From NCBI GenBank assembly GCA_048938005.1, contig JBHLMQ010000009.1, forward strand, positions 1 through 64,000: a DNA stretch of 64,000 nucleotides. The letters are read 5' to 3'. Each line of letters begins with the position of its first letter. Positions within the stretch are counted from its first letter, which is position 1. Of the stretch, positions 20,901 to 29,452 are shown piece after piece. Both the position numbers and the translations under genes were made by a program. The DNA is from Promethearchaeota archaeon (GTDB lineage: Archaea > Asgardarchaeota > Lokiarchaeia > Sigyniarchaeales > SOKP01). The notes beneath the pieces were generated by a model, which searched no databases, was not told the DNA's origin, and was given only the letters and a program-made list of their open reading frames with translations.

Positions 20901-21382
20901 CATGCATTTTTTGTCAAAAAGAGGCATGTTTCAGCATCGATTGTTGCCTTTCTTGGAACTGCTTGAGGGAACGGAATATATATTGCAGTGCGATTACCCA
21001 TAGCTTCTTCAAATTCTGAAGGAATTTTTTTCATGGGACATTTTTCGGAGCATGCCCCGCACCCAGTACACTTATCCCAATCAACATACTTTGATTTTTT
21101 TAATACCTTAACATTGAAGTTTCCTGCTTCACCGGATATTTCTTGAACTTCTGAATAGGTAAGGAGTTCCACATTAGGATGCCGTGCCACTTCAACCATT
21201 TTGGGAGCTAGTATACAAATTGAACAATCTAAAGTAGGGAATGTCTTATCTAATTGTGCCATTCGCCCCCCAACAGAAGGAGTTTTTTCTACTAAAATTA
21301 CTTTATAGCCTTGTTCACCCAAAGATAATGCTGCTTCGATTCCAGAAATTCCGCCACCGATTATCAGTATATTATTATTCAT
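17933..21382 (-). CDS. hdrA: HdrA-like flavoprotein (two FAD modules) fused to a C-terminal MvhD domain
   Basis: IGGGISG and IGGGIAG; LDKTFPTLDCSICIL; CVGSR twice; ferredoxin motifs; C-terminal FLCNWCSYAGAD, RVMCSGR, GCHLGDCHY, WVSASEG (MvhD). Confidence 0.95.
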   Translation of the reverse strand: MNNNILIIGGGISGIEAALSLGEQGYKVILVEKTPSVGGRMAQLDKTFPTLDCSICILAPKMVEVARHPNVELLTYSEVQEISGEAGNFNVKVLKKSKYVDWDKCTGCGACSEKCPMKKIPSEFEEAMGNRTAIYIPFPQAVPRKATIDAETCLFLTKNACRLCEKECEAEAIDFEMKDEVVEYNVASIIVATGIDILDPTPLVRYHYGEYPNVITAMQYERLLSASGPTGGELLRSSDEKHAHKIAFVGCVGSRNEALCSYCSKFCCMYMAKEGVVTREHAPDTEVTIFFNDTRVIGKNQEEFIERAKDEYKLKYFHGIPGDIREDPDTHDLLVKHANLDTGEVETARFDLVVLASAVIPRKDSNELAKILGIDTNELGFYKTKNSVEDLQSTREGIYITGSCQSPDDIANSVSKASGAAALAALHAVPLSEEEQRVELPPLRVVREGDEPRIGVFICHCGVNIGGYMDVPELVEYAKTLPNVVYAMDNKYSCSSLTQDIIKEKIEELDLNRVLVAACTPRTHESLFQKTIREAGLNEYLFNFVSIRELDSWVHMNEREKATDKAKDLIRMGVARARFLKQEVKIKGDVVPEALVIGGGIAGMSAAMEIAKKGFKTHLVEKEDKLGGQLNLIYKINFDRIDSKEFLDEKLKEYNSLKNITTYLNSEVVDVKGSIGDFKVNVKNQANNSVSELNVGVIVVATGAYEYKPEGWYHYGEDPRVMTQLELSEKLRNNELKDGETLVFIHCVGSRQPEGGNGCTYCSLICCSESIRHALYVKENYPNSQIFVLYRDIRVGTDEEAFYWKARENINYIRFNDYPEVDLINGKISVKVHDILTQIHLNIDADKLVLSTPLKPHDNKVLAELLKVPRDQNGFFLEAHIKLRPIDFATDGIYLAGTAHGPKGIADSISQGRGAAAHALIPLIAGIVENEPLVSVVNPALCIACQKCEEVCNFGAIGVNFDNDVLVSESNPLLCKGCGDCAAACPAGAITMSHFADDQLTPMISEALKGEFIDERPRIVAFLCNWCSYAGADTCGVSRFQYPTNIRPIRVMCSGRIPKRFILQAFLEGADGVFIGGCHLGDCHYLEGNYDTLQRYNELNEILEKVGINPERFRLEWVSASEGKRFSEVVTDFVSQLKKLGLNKAKGGA

Positions 21383-21880
21383 AACTTTTCCATTTCCTTC
21401 AATTTTTTATTTAGATTTTGATAAACTATATTATTTTGCTAGAAATATTCAATCGCATTTGAAAATTGTTTTTAATTTTGATAAGATATTCTTATATTTT
21501 TTATTGATTATCTCCGACAAAATTCTATATAAAACTTATGATCTATAACAGATTTATCACTATTTATAGTTGGATTTTTTCAGAAAAAATTACTACTTGA
21601 TCATTATTTTGAGAAAATTTATCGATTTTGATATTTTTCTCTTTAATATTTAAACTCTAATAAGAATACTCTTTTCGTACAAAATAATACTTTTTTGTCA
21701 TCTACGTTCTAATAATATATTTAGCAATTTTAATTCAAAATTTTATAAATCAGGAAAAAACTGGCAAATTTAATTAGAAGGTTTCTTTGTTAATTCCTTA
21801 CGAAAACTTGAAATGAAAAAGAAGATTTTAATATTTAAACCACAAATTGACTATAAAAAATATTAAAAAGATAATAATAA

Positions 21881-21906
21881 AATATATTATCCTAATATAT
21901 TATCCT
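21881..21906. repeat. Perfect 13-bp tandem duplication (aatatattatcct x2) in a divergent promoter region
   Basis: Seen directly, ~65 nt upstream of the GTPase gene. Confidence 0.6.
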
Positions 21907-21972
21907 TTTAAATATATAAATGAAAAAGTAAAGTCTAAGTTACACTTGCATTATTAGATATGGTGATATCAA

Positions 21973-22653
21973 ATTAAAATCGTTGTTACAGGGCCCTTAC
22001 AATCGGGAAAGTCAAGCTACATTCGTCATCTTGATGATAATGCGTTGAATGTAGAAGCTCAAGGGAAAGATCAGAAGTTTTACACAGTTGCGATGGATTT
22101 AGGAAGTGTTAAATTAAACGGATTTGATGTATTTTTATTTGGAACACCAGGACTTTTAAGATTTTCAGTAATGAGAGGTATTTGTACTAGTGGTTCAGAT
22201 GGCGTTATTTTTATATTTGATGCTGCTGCTCCAGAAAAAGATGATAGTGCAATTATGATATTAAATTCTATTAGAAAAATATTACCTCCTAATATTCCAA
22301 TAACCTTTTTAGCAAATAAACAGGATCTTGAAGGTGCTCGCCCTCCAGAAGTAGTTCGTTCACAAAACTATTTACCTGAAGATAGTAAAATCTTTCCAAC
22401 AAGCACAAAAACTGGTTTGAATATAAGAGAATCGATTACGCATTTGGTTAATCATATCTATGAAGAATATTCATCATTACTCCAAACTCTTCGTACTTAT
22501 GAGAATGACATTGAAGGATTAGCGCAAGAATTAAAAAAAGATAAGGTTCAAATGCGCGATTTCTTAAACAATTTAGAGATTAAACGATTTATAGAAGTAG
22601 ATAGGGTTTCCAAGACATATAAAGTAAGATCTGGATTAAAATATTTAGTATAA
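21973..22653 (+). CDS. MglA/COG2229-like GTPase with C-terminal winged HTH; start codon non-canonical or frameshifted
   Basis: The frame extends upstream of TTG 22045 to YQIKIVVTGPLQSGKSS (P-loop); TVAMDLG, FGTPG, NKQD, TSTKTG; C-terminal LAQEL..MRDFLNNLE..RFIEV..YKV. Confidence 0.85.
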   Translation: MKIVVTGPLQSGKSSYIRHLDDNALNVEAQGKDQKFYTVAMDLGSVKLNGFDVFLFGTPGLLRFSVMRGICTSGSDGVIFIFDAAAPEKDDSAIMILNSIRKILPPNIPITFLANKQDLEGARPPEVVRSQNYLPEDSKIFPTSTKTGLNIRESITHLVNHIYEEYSSLLQTLRTYENDIEGLAQELKKDKVQMRDFLNNLEIKRFIEVDRVSKTYKVRSGLKYLV

Positions 22654-22672
22654 TTACTTTTTTTAATGGAGT

Positions 22673-24550
22673 TCATTTTTTTAATAGCAACGGAGAGATT
22701 TTTTCTTTACCACACTCATTCTGTAAATTTAATAAACCTATCCTCTGGTTATCGAGGATATTCCAGAAAAATTGGGGAACATCCTTTTCTTTTTTATACA
22801 TAGCTTCGATGCGCTCTAATTTTTGTAGCAATTTTTCAGGTCTAATAGAAAATTGTTCAATATAATCCTCTTCTTTATAATCCTTATCAAGATATTGTTT
22901 AAACAATGTTTTTAAATCTGAAAATTCGGGTATAAATCCTATAGGTGTCTTTATAGCCTCAAAATCGTTATTTGTGCGTCCTTCTGCCCATATTACCCAA
23001 CAAAGCTTATCTAAAATTCCATTTAGATATTTTCCTTCTTTATTTTTGAGAAAATAATTAGTAGCAAACACTTTAGGGCAGTGATCTAATCTATTGCCAA
23101 ATTTTTGGTGATTTTCTAAATATTTCCCAAGTGGGACTACCATAAAATCTAAATTTGCCATTGGTTGTTGAGTTCTAACCCCTTCGGTACCAAGTGTAGC
23201 TGATGTAGTTTCTGATTCAATAGAAGCCCCTAGAAAAACCCCATGTTCCCAATTAAGACTTTCAATCACAGGTGGCATTGTTTCACTATCACGACCTCCG
23301 TAAAAAATACCATGGACTGGTACTCCCTCGGGATTATGTAAATATGGGTCAGCATTGTCCAATTCTTCAATACGAATTGTATAACGAGCATTTGGATGTG
23401 CATGAGGTATTTCCCTCCCATCCTTATCTTTCTTTCCTTTCTTCCAATTACCTGAAAAATTGAATCCTTCATCTGGAATTGATCTACCATCTCCAATCCA
23501 ATATGGGATTGCCTTTTTTATTAATACATTAGAAAAAATGGTTTCACGAGGGGTTGTAAGGGCATCAAATATGAGAGGATCATCTTTAGCATTTACATCC
23601 TTAATAATTCCAAAAATACCCCTTTCTATGTTAACAGAATGGACATAACCACTTTCCCAAACTCGAAGATATGCAATATCATCTCCAACTATGGTTTGAC
23701 CAGGTAACATTGCTGTACTGGTTTTGCCACATGCTGAGGGAAATGCGCCACAGAAATATGAAACCCTATTTTTTCCCTCTGGATGAATACCCATAATAAA
23801 GTAATGTTCTGCTAGCCAATCTTCATTATTAGCTTTATAAATTGCTAAACGTAAGGCAAGTTTTTTTAATCCAAGTGAATTTCCAGCATATTGATTATTT
23901 ACTGAAAGTACACGTTGTTCTTTTAAATCAATATAAATCCTTCTTTTATCAAGGTTTTTTGTAACTGGAGGATCACCTGTTAATTCTCCCGAAGAATGAA
24001 TAAAATAGAAAAAATCATCGGATCCATTCAATCTTTTAAACTCCTCATATCCAGCTCTATAAAGAAGATCTTCTGAATGGGCAACATAATATGAATCTGT
24101 TAATTGAAGCGCAAGTATTGAGAATTTAGAACTTTTGGGACCTAAGCAAAAAAATCTGACTACACATTCATGACCTTCCATACATCCATCCATTATTTCC
24201 AATATTTCTTTTAAACCTTTTTTTCTTTCCATAGTATTTATCCAAGGATAAGAATCTAAATCCTCTTTAGGTACTAGAACTTGAGTATTTTCTTTATCCC
24301 TTGCTTGATCGTGATTTGCCATAGTAAAAAATCCATCATAATGTATAGTATGGCCTTTCAGATCTAATTTCGCTTCTTCGCCAAGCTCAATAGCTCTGTT
24401 TCTTACATAATCAATATCTTCTTTTGAATCTGTGATAACTGTGACCTTAGATGGTTTACATAAAGTGACAAACTCATTTACAATTTTTAGGACATTATTA
24501 TTATTTAAAGCCTTTAGTTTTTCAAAACTTTTATTGTCAATAACTTCCAT
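22673..24550 (-). CDS. pckG: Phosphoenolpyruvate carboxykinase (GTP)
   Basis: YAGNSLGLKKLALR, WLAEH, GAFPSACGKTS, VGDDIAY, HPNARY, YGGR. Confidence 0.95.
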   Translation of the reverse strand: MEVIDNKSFEKLKALNNNNVLKIVNEFVTLCKPSKVTVITDSKEDIDYVRNRAIELGEEAKLDLKGHTIHYDGFFTMANHDQARDKENTQVLVPKEDLDSYPWINTMERKKGLKEILEIMDGCMEGHECVVRFFCLGPKSSKFSILALQLTDSYYVAHSEDLLYRAGYEEFKRLNGSDDFFYFIHSSGELTGDPPVTKNLDKRRIYIDLKEQRVLSVNNQYAGNSLGLKKLALRLAIYKANNEDWLAEHYFIMGIHPEGKNRVSYFCGAFPSACGKTSTAMLPGQTIVGDDIAYLRVWESGYVHSVNIERGIFGIIKDVNAKDDPLIFDALTTPRETIFSNVLIKKAIPYWIGDGRSIPDEGFNFSGNWKKGKKDKDGREIPHAHPNARYTIRIEELDNADPYLHNPEGVPVHGIFYGGRDSETMPPVIESLNWEHGVFLGASIESETTSATLGTEGVRTQQPMANLDFMVVPLGKYLENHQKFGNRLDHCPKVFATNYFLKNKEGKYLNGILDKLCWVIWAEGRTNNDFEAIKTPIGFIPEFSDLKTLFKQYLDKDYKEEDYIEQFSIRPEKLLQKLERIEAMYKKEKDVPQFFWNILDNQRIGLLNLQNECGKEKISPLLLKK

Positions 24551-24749
24551 TGTATTTTAATTAGCAATTTTTTCTATCGAATCAATTACAAATGACCTTA
24601 AGAGTGTTATAAGTAAATTTTTGAGGTTTTTTTAATTTTTTCTTTTAATTTCCAAGATAATAATCCATATTTTATGAAGATTTTAATCTGTAAAAATTAA
24701 ACATTAAAAAATAAAAAAAGAGATTTTAAAAAAAAATTTTCTAAGGCTC

Positions 24750-26339
24750 TTATACACCTTCTAGTTTACTACCTTTCGCACTGATAATTCTATCCACTCT
24801 TAAGATTAAATTAGCTAGTTCACTCCCAGATTTAATGATATGGTTGATTAATTCGGCAGGTTCAACGATTCCTCTTTTAAAATTATCTCCAATTGTATTA
24901 GTAATTGTATCAATTCCAACCCATTTATCATCCGCAGTTTTATGTGCTGCCCTTAATTCAGTCAATTGTTCAATTTCTTCTAAACCAGCATTCTTTATTA
25001 ATGTCTTAGGGATTTCTTCAAGTGCTAAAGCAAAAGCATTAACTGCAAGTTGTTCTTTTCCACCAATCTCATTAGCATAAGTTCTTATCCTCTTCGCAAG
25101 TTCCATATAAATTGCACCTCCACCTGCTACAACAGTCTGAGTGTCAATTATTTTTGCTATAACAGAGAGAACATCATTTAATGATACTTCTGCGGTACTG
25201 AGAATCTTATCAAGACCGCCCTTAAGCAATATTGACACAGATTTAGGATTTTTACATCCTGTGAATAAAGTATACTCATCATCACCAATTTTTTCAAAAT
25301 AGACTTTTTCAGCAAATCCTAAATCATCTTCAGAAAGTAAACTTAAATCATCTACTAATTTTGCCCCAACAGCCTTTAAAATCGATTTATAATCACTTTC
25401 ACCAACATTTTTGATAGCTGCGATTCCTTCTCTTGCTAAGTAAGCACTAAATTTATCAGAGACGTCACTACTATTTACAACCATGTTAACATCTAAATCT
25501 TTAAATATTTTTAAGTAATCTGTAAGGATTTTATTTTCTTGGTCGAGGAATTTTTGAACTTCAGATGGGCTAGATATTCGAACTTGAGCATCAAATTCAG
25601 TCTTTTTAACATCTAATTTTCTTCGAATAACAGCAATTTTTGCATCTTTTATAGAATCAGGCATCATTGCATTTGTTTTTTCTTTTTGAATATATACTCC
25701 ATTAATTAATTCTGTTTCTTTAAGGGATTTCCCTGGTGCTTTAACGATTTTTACATTACCTACTTTTGCAAATGTATTCCCCTCTTCATCTTTGATCTGT
25801 TTAATTGCTTTTAACGCTAAATCTGCAAAAAAATCTTTTAGTGGAGCAATATCTTTAGCATTCATTGCAGTTTTGGCTGCATTTATAAGAACCTCATCAT
25901 CATCACTGGAAATTTTTGTTGCTATTTCATTTATTATGTCGAGAACTTTATCAGCAGCTAATTTGTACCCATGAGTAATAGGCTTTGGATGGATATCTTG
26001 CTCAATCAATTCTAAAGCATTATTTAATAAACTAGCAGAAAAGATTACTGCAGAAGTAGTTCCATCACCAATATCATCATCAATAGATTTTGCCACATTA
26101 ACCATCATATTCGCTGCTATATTTTCAATATCAAGGTTCTTAAGAATCTCTGCTCCATCATTTGTTATAGTAACATCTCCCAAGGAATCTACGAGCATTT
26201 TAGACATACCTTTTGGTCCAAGAGTGGATCTCACAGTCTCAGCAATGGCAACCATCGCTGTAATATTTTGCTTTCTAGCTTCTTTTTCACGAACTTCTTC
26301 TGTTCCTTCTTTAAGAATTATTATTGGTACATTTGACAT
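24750..26339 (-). CDS. Group II chaperonin (thermosome/CCT) subunit
   Basis: RSTLGPKG, ITNDGAEIL, GDGTTS, VAGGGA, GIVEP, LILRVD. Confidence 0.95.
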   Translation of the reverse strand: MSNVPIIILKEGTEEVREKEARKQNITAMVAIAETVRSTLGPKGMSKMLVDSLGDVTITNDGAEILKNLDIENIAANMMVNVAKSIDDDIGDGTTSAVIFSASLLNNALELIEQDIHPKPITHGYKLAADKVLDIINEIATKISSDDDEVLINAAKTAMNAKDIAPLKDFFADLALKAIKQIKDEEGNTFAKVGNVKIVKAPGKSLKETELINGVYIQKEKTNAMMPDSIKDAKIAVIRRKLDVKKTEFDAQVRISSPSEVQKFLDQENKILTDYLKIFKDLDVNMVVNSSDVSDKFSAYLAREGIAAIKNVGESDYKSILKAVGAKLVDDLSLLSEDDLGFAEKVYFEKIGDDEYTLFTGCKNPKSVSILLKGGLDKILSTAEVSLNDVLSVIAKIIDTQTVVAGGGAIYMELAKRIRTYANEIGGKEQLAVNAFALALEEIPKTLIKNAGLEEIEQLTELRAAHKTADDKWVGIDTITNTIGDNFKRGIVEPAELINHIIKSGSELANLILRVDRIISAKGSKLEGV

Positions 26340-26459
26340 TGTTTCTACACTTTTTTTTAAAAAAATATTATGTAATATATATAGATCCCTAAATCACAAA
26401 ATTAAAAAAAGTTTACTGAAATTGATAAAAAGAAGGATCAACGAAGATCGTCTATAAAG

Positions 26460-26921
26460 TTATTTAAATTCAACATAAGAGCTGTTTTTATACTCCTTTA
26501 AAATCATATTTGAATTAGTTCTAGTAATATATTCTTTCTTGTTTAAATCTCTAATGAAGTTATGAACGTCTTCGCTCTCCTTGAATCTACAGATTAAAGC
26601 GGCAGATTGTTCACCAGTAGTATGAAAAATTGAACAAACTTCCGGGATATTGGTGAGGTCGTTTAAAATTTCTTCAGTAAATTTACCATCGCAATTGATT
26701 CTTATGAGGAAAGTTAATTTATAACCTAATTTTTCATTGTTCAATCTAAGAGTATAACCCTCAATTACTCCATTCTTCTTTAATTTTGCTATCCTGTTAT
26801 GTATTGTTCCGATTGAGATTCCTAAATTATCTTGGATCTCTCTATAAGAGGTTCTAGCGTTTTCTTGAAGAATCGTTAATATATTTCGATCGATTTCATC
26901 GAGGACTTTCTCTTTCTTCAT
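26460..26921 (-). CDS. Lrp/AsnC family transcription regulator
   Basis: LDEIDRNILTILQENARTSY, GTIHNRIAKL..NGVIEGY, HTTGE. Confidence 0.93.
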   Translation of the reverse strand: MKKEKVLDEIDRNILTILQENARTSYREIQDNLGISIGTIHNRIAKLKKNGVIEGYTLRLNNEKLGYKLTFLIRINCDGKFTEEILNDLTNIPEVCSIFHTTGEQSAALICRFKESEDVHNFIRDLNKKEYITRTNSNMILKEYKNSSYVEFK

Positions 26922-27008
26922 TAAGAATCAACCCAAATATAATTATGAAGTTTTTGTTAGATCAATATATTTTATTTTGAGAAATATATAAAATTTTATA
27001 AAAAATTA

Positions 27009-27029
27009 AATGAAAATCTAATTTTCATT
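27009..27029. promoter_or_regulatory. Palindrome AATGAAAAT-cta-ATTTTCATT between divergent lrp and trpS
   Basis: Perfect 9-bp inverted repeat ~90 nt upstream of the Lrp gene; function inferred. Confidence 0.4.
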
Positions 27030-27169
27030 GAAAATTTTTTAAAATAATTTACAAGAAATAATCAAAATTTCTTCTAAGAAAGTCTTTTCAGATGTATTAA
27101 AATTTATTTTAATTTCTGTATTCTTATTATTAATTGATATTTTAGAAAAGCAAATTGCGGTAAATAATA

Positions 27170-28255
27170 ATGATTGATCCATGGGGAGCTTCAGCAATTG
27201 AAGAAGAAGATTATGCTAGATTAATTAAGGAGTTTGGAATAGAGGAAATAACAGAATCCCTTAGACAAAAAATGATTAAGAACCGATTTATTCGAAGAAA
27301 AATAATTTTTGGGCATCGGGATTTAAATCTGGTTTTTAAAGCTATTGAAAAAGAACAACCCTGGGCAGTAATGAGTGGAATTAAGCCTTCGGGACCATTC
27401 CATTTAGGGACGTCGACAACAGCTCTGGAGATCGTGGAATTCCAAAAAATGGGGGGTAAAGCATATTACGGAATAGCGGATATTGAAAGTTGGGAAGATA
27501 ATGGCATTCCATGGGAGGAAGCGGAAGAAACAGCTGTAGACAATCTTGCTGACATATTAGCTCTTGGTTTGGATCCATCTCCCGAGAAGGCTTATATTTG
27601 GAGACAATCAAAAGAACCAAAAGTGAAGGATGTTTGTTTTAAGGTCAGTAGGTTAGTCACACAGAATATGCTGAATGCCATTTATGGGGAGCGAAGCTTC
27701 GGACTCTATATTTCTTCACTAATACAAGTCGGAGATATTTTGCTCCCACAAGTAGTAGAAGGACCCCAACCAACTATAGTGCCTGTTGGGATAGATCAGG
27801 ACCCTCACATAAGGCTTACTAGAGATTTAACTCGAAGGAATTATAAGAATTTTTTCTTACCAGGAGCGACGTATCATTATTTATTAGCAGGTATAGACGG
27901 GTCAGAAAAAATGGCTAAGAGAAATCCAAACAGTTACTTTACATTTAATGAACCTCTTGAATCAATAGCGAAAAAAGTTAAGGGAGCTTTAACAGGAGGA
28001 AGGCGAAACCAGAAAGAACAACAAGAATTAGGCGGTGAACCTCAGAAATGCATGATTTATAAAATACTCATGTATCATTTTGAAGAAGATGATGAAAAAT
28101 TAGCGAATGACTTTGAAATGTGTGTTAAAGGAGAATTAATGTGTGGAGATCATAAACAAGAATGTGTTGAAAAAGTATTAAAATTCATAAAAACTCATAG
28201 AGAGAAGAAAGAGCAACTAATAGATAAAGCTCGAAGTCTTCTAAAGATTAATTAA
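27170..28255 (+). CDS. trpS: Tryptophanyl-tRNA synthetase (archaeal type)
   Basis: IDPWG, RRKIIFGHRD, PSGPFHLG, PVGIDQDPHIRLTRD, ALTGGR, GELMCG. Confidence 0.93.
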   Translation: MIDPWGASAIEEEDYARLIKEFGIEEITESLRQKMIKNRFIRRKIIFGHRDLNLVFKAIEKEQPWAVMSGIKPSGPFHLGTSTTALEIVEFQKMGGKAYYGIADIESWEDNGIPWEEAEETAVDNLADILALGLDPSPEKAYIWRQSKEPKVKDVCFKVSRLVTQNMLNAIYGERSFGLYISSLIQVGDILLPQVVEGPQPTIVPVGIDQDPHIRLTRDLTRRNYKNFFLPGATYHYLLAGIDGSEKMAKRNPNSYFTFNEPLESIAKKVKGALTGGRRNQKEQQELGGEPQKCMIYKILMYHFEEDDEKLANDFEMCVKGELMCGDHKQECVEKVLKFIKTHREKKEQLIDKARSLLKIN

Positions 28256-28394
28256 TAATACTTCAATCCTATTGACTTAGTTTAGAATATTTTGTAAATC
28301 AGGTTAAAAGTAGATTTTTTTTATAAATAGAAAAATCTAAGATATCTTAATATTTAAAAAACTATTGGGATTAGAAAAGAATAGTGATTAAAAT

Positions 28395-29417
28395 ATGGAG
28401 CAGATAATCTCGCGATGTGGTAACTTATGTTCGGAATGTCCATGGTCAATTTACATGCGTAAAAAAATTAGTAAAGAAGATTGGGAGGAATATTCTGATG
28501 AAGTTAAGAAGTATACTGGATTTAAACCAATTAAGTATGAATGGGAAGGTTGTTTGGGGTGTTTAACTCCAAATGAAGAATTGCCTAAACACCCTTTTTA
28601 TAATTTCTTGAAAAAATGTCGTACAAGAAAATGTGGAAACTATAATGAAGTTAATAATTGTGCTTATTGTGGAAGATTCCCATGTGCGAACACCGTAGCC
28701 AGGGATGATTTTACAAGGGAAATTATATCTGAAAAAATAGGAAGTGCTATTGATGATGAAACATATGAACATTATATTAAAATGTTTGATGCTATGACAA
28801 ATCTCCAGAAAGTCCGTAGTGAATTGCATGATAGTCAAATTAAAAATCCTAAATATGTGTCTAAAAAAACGGAAATTGCTGAAATAAAGGGAGAATTTCC
28901 CAATAAAAATTATCATAAAATTTACGAGAAATTTATTGAGATTGCCAATTCTAATTTAGGTATTAAAGGTATCGATACTGTCGCTGGTTATGAACATTAT
29001 TTAATAAGAAAAGATATTCTATGGAGATTACTATGGATATTTGGATTATATGGAAAAATAAATGAAGATAACCTAAATATTGATAGCATTAGACTATATG
29101 AGAATCGAAAACCAATAACACTTCCGAGTAATGAAGAGCAATGGAAAAGATATTTTAACATTTTATCAAAATTTGGAATACTTGCCGAACTGGAGATAAA
29201 AACTGATGAGTTATACACGCCTGGGGGTTATATGAGAGTAAAAACACCCAAAACTAATGAACCAGCCTATATCATTAAAATGAAAGTTAATTTGAATCTT
29301 CAGAAATACCAGTTTTTTAAAACTCTGAACGAGATCTTATCCGAATTGCAAAATAAAACAGGAAAACGTGCGTTTACAAACTTCAAAAAATTAGATTTCA
29401 ATTCACTTCTAAGTTAA
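28395..29417 (+). CDS. DUF3795-like Cys-rich protein with an extended C-terminal domain
   Basis: SRCGNLCSECP, CLGC, CRTRKC, NCAYCGRFPC. Confidence 0.8.
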   Translation: MEQIISRCGNLCSECPWSIYMRKKISKEDWEEYSDEVKKYTGFKPIKYEWEGCLGCLTPNEELPKHPFYNFLKKCRTRKCGNYNEVNNCAYCGRFPCANTVARDDFTREIISEKIGSAIDDETYEHYIKMFDAMTNLQKVRSELHDSQIKNPKYVSKKTEIAEIKGEFPNKNYHKIYEKFIEIANSNLGIKGIDTVAGYEHYLIRKDILWRLLWIFGLYGKINEDNLNIDSIRLYENRKPITLPSNEEQWKRYFNILSKFGILAELEIKTDELYTPGGYMRVKTPKTNEPAYIIKMKVNLNLQKYQFFKTLNEILSELQNKTGKRAFTNFKKLDFNSLLS

Positions 29418-29452
29418 ACTTTTCTCTAAATATTGTTTATCAAAGTATTGAT

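Noticed and set aside
17933-21382. Selenoprotein HdrA/MvhD
   Set aside because: The ORF is uninterrupted; the terminal TGA follows a complete MvhD domain and precedes the hdrC start.
21961-21969. Selenocysteine or stop readthrough at TGA 21964 to extend the GTPase
   Set aside because: An in-frame TAG at 21955 with no start codon between; the position is not catalytic; no SECIS recognised.
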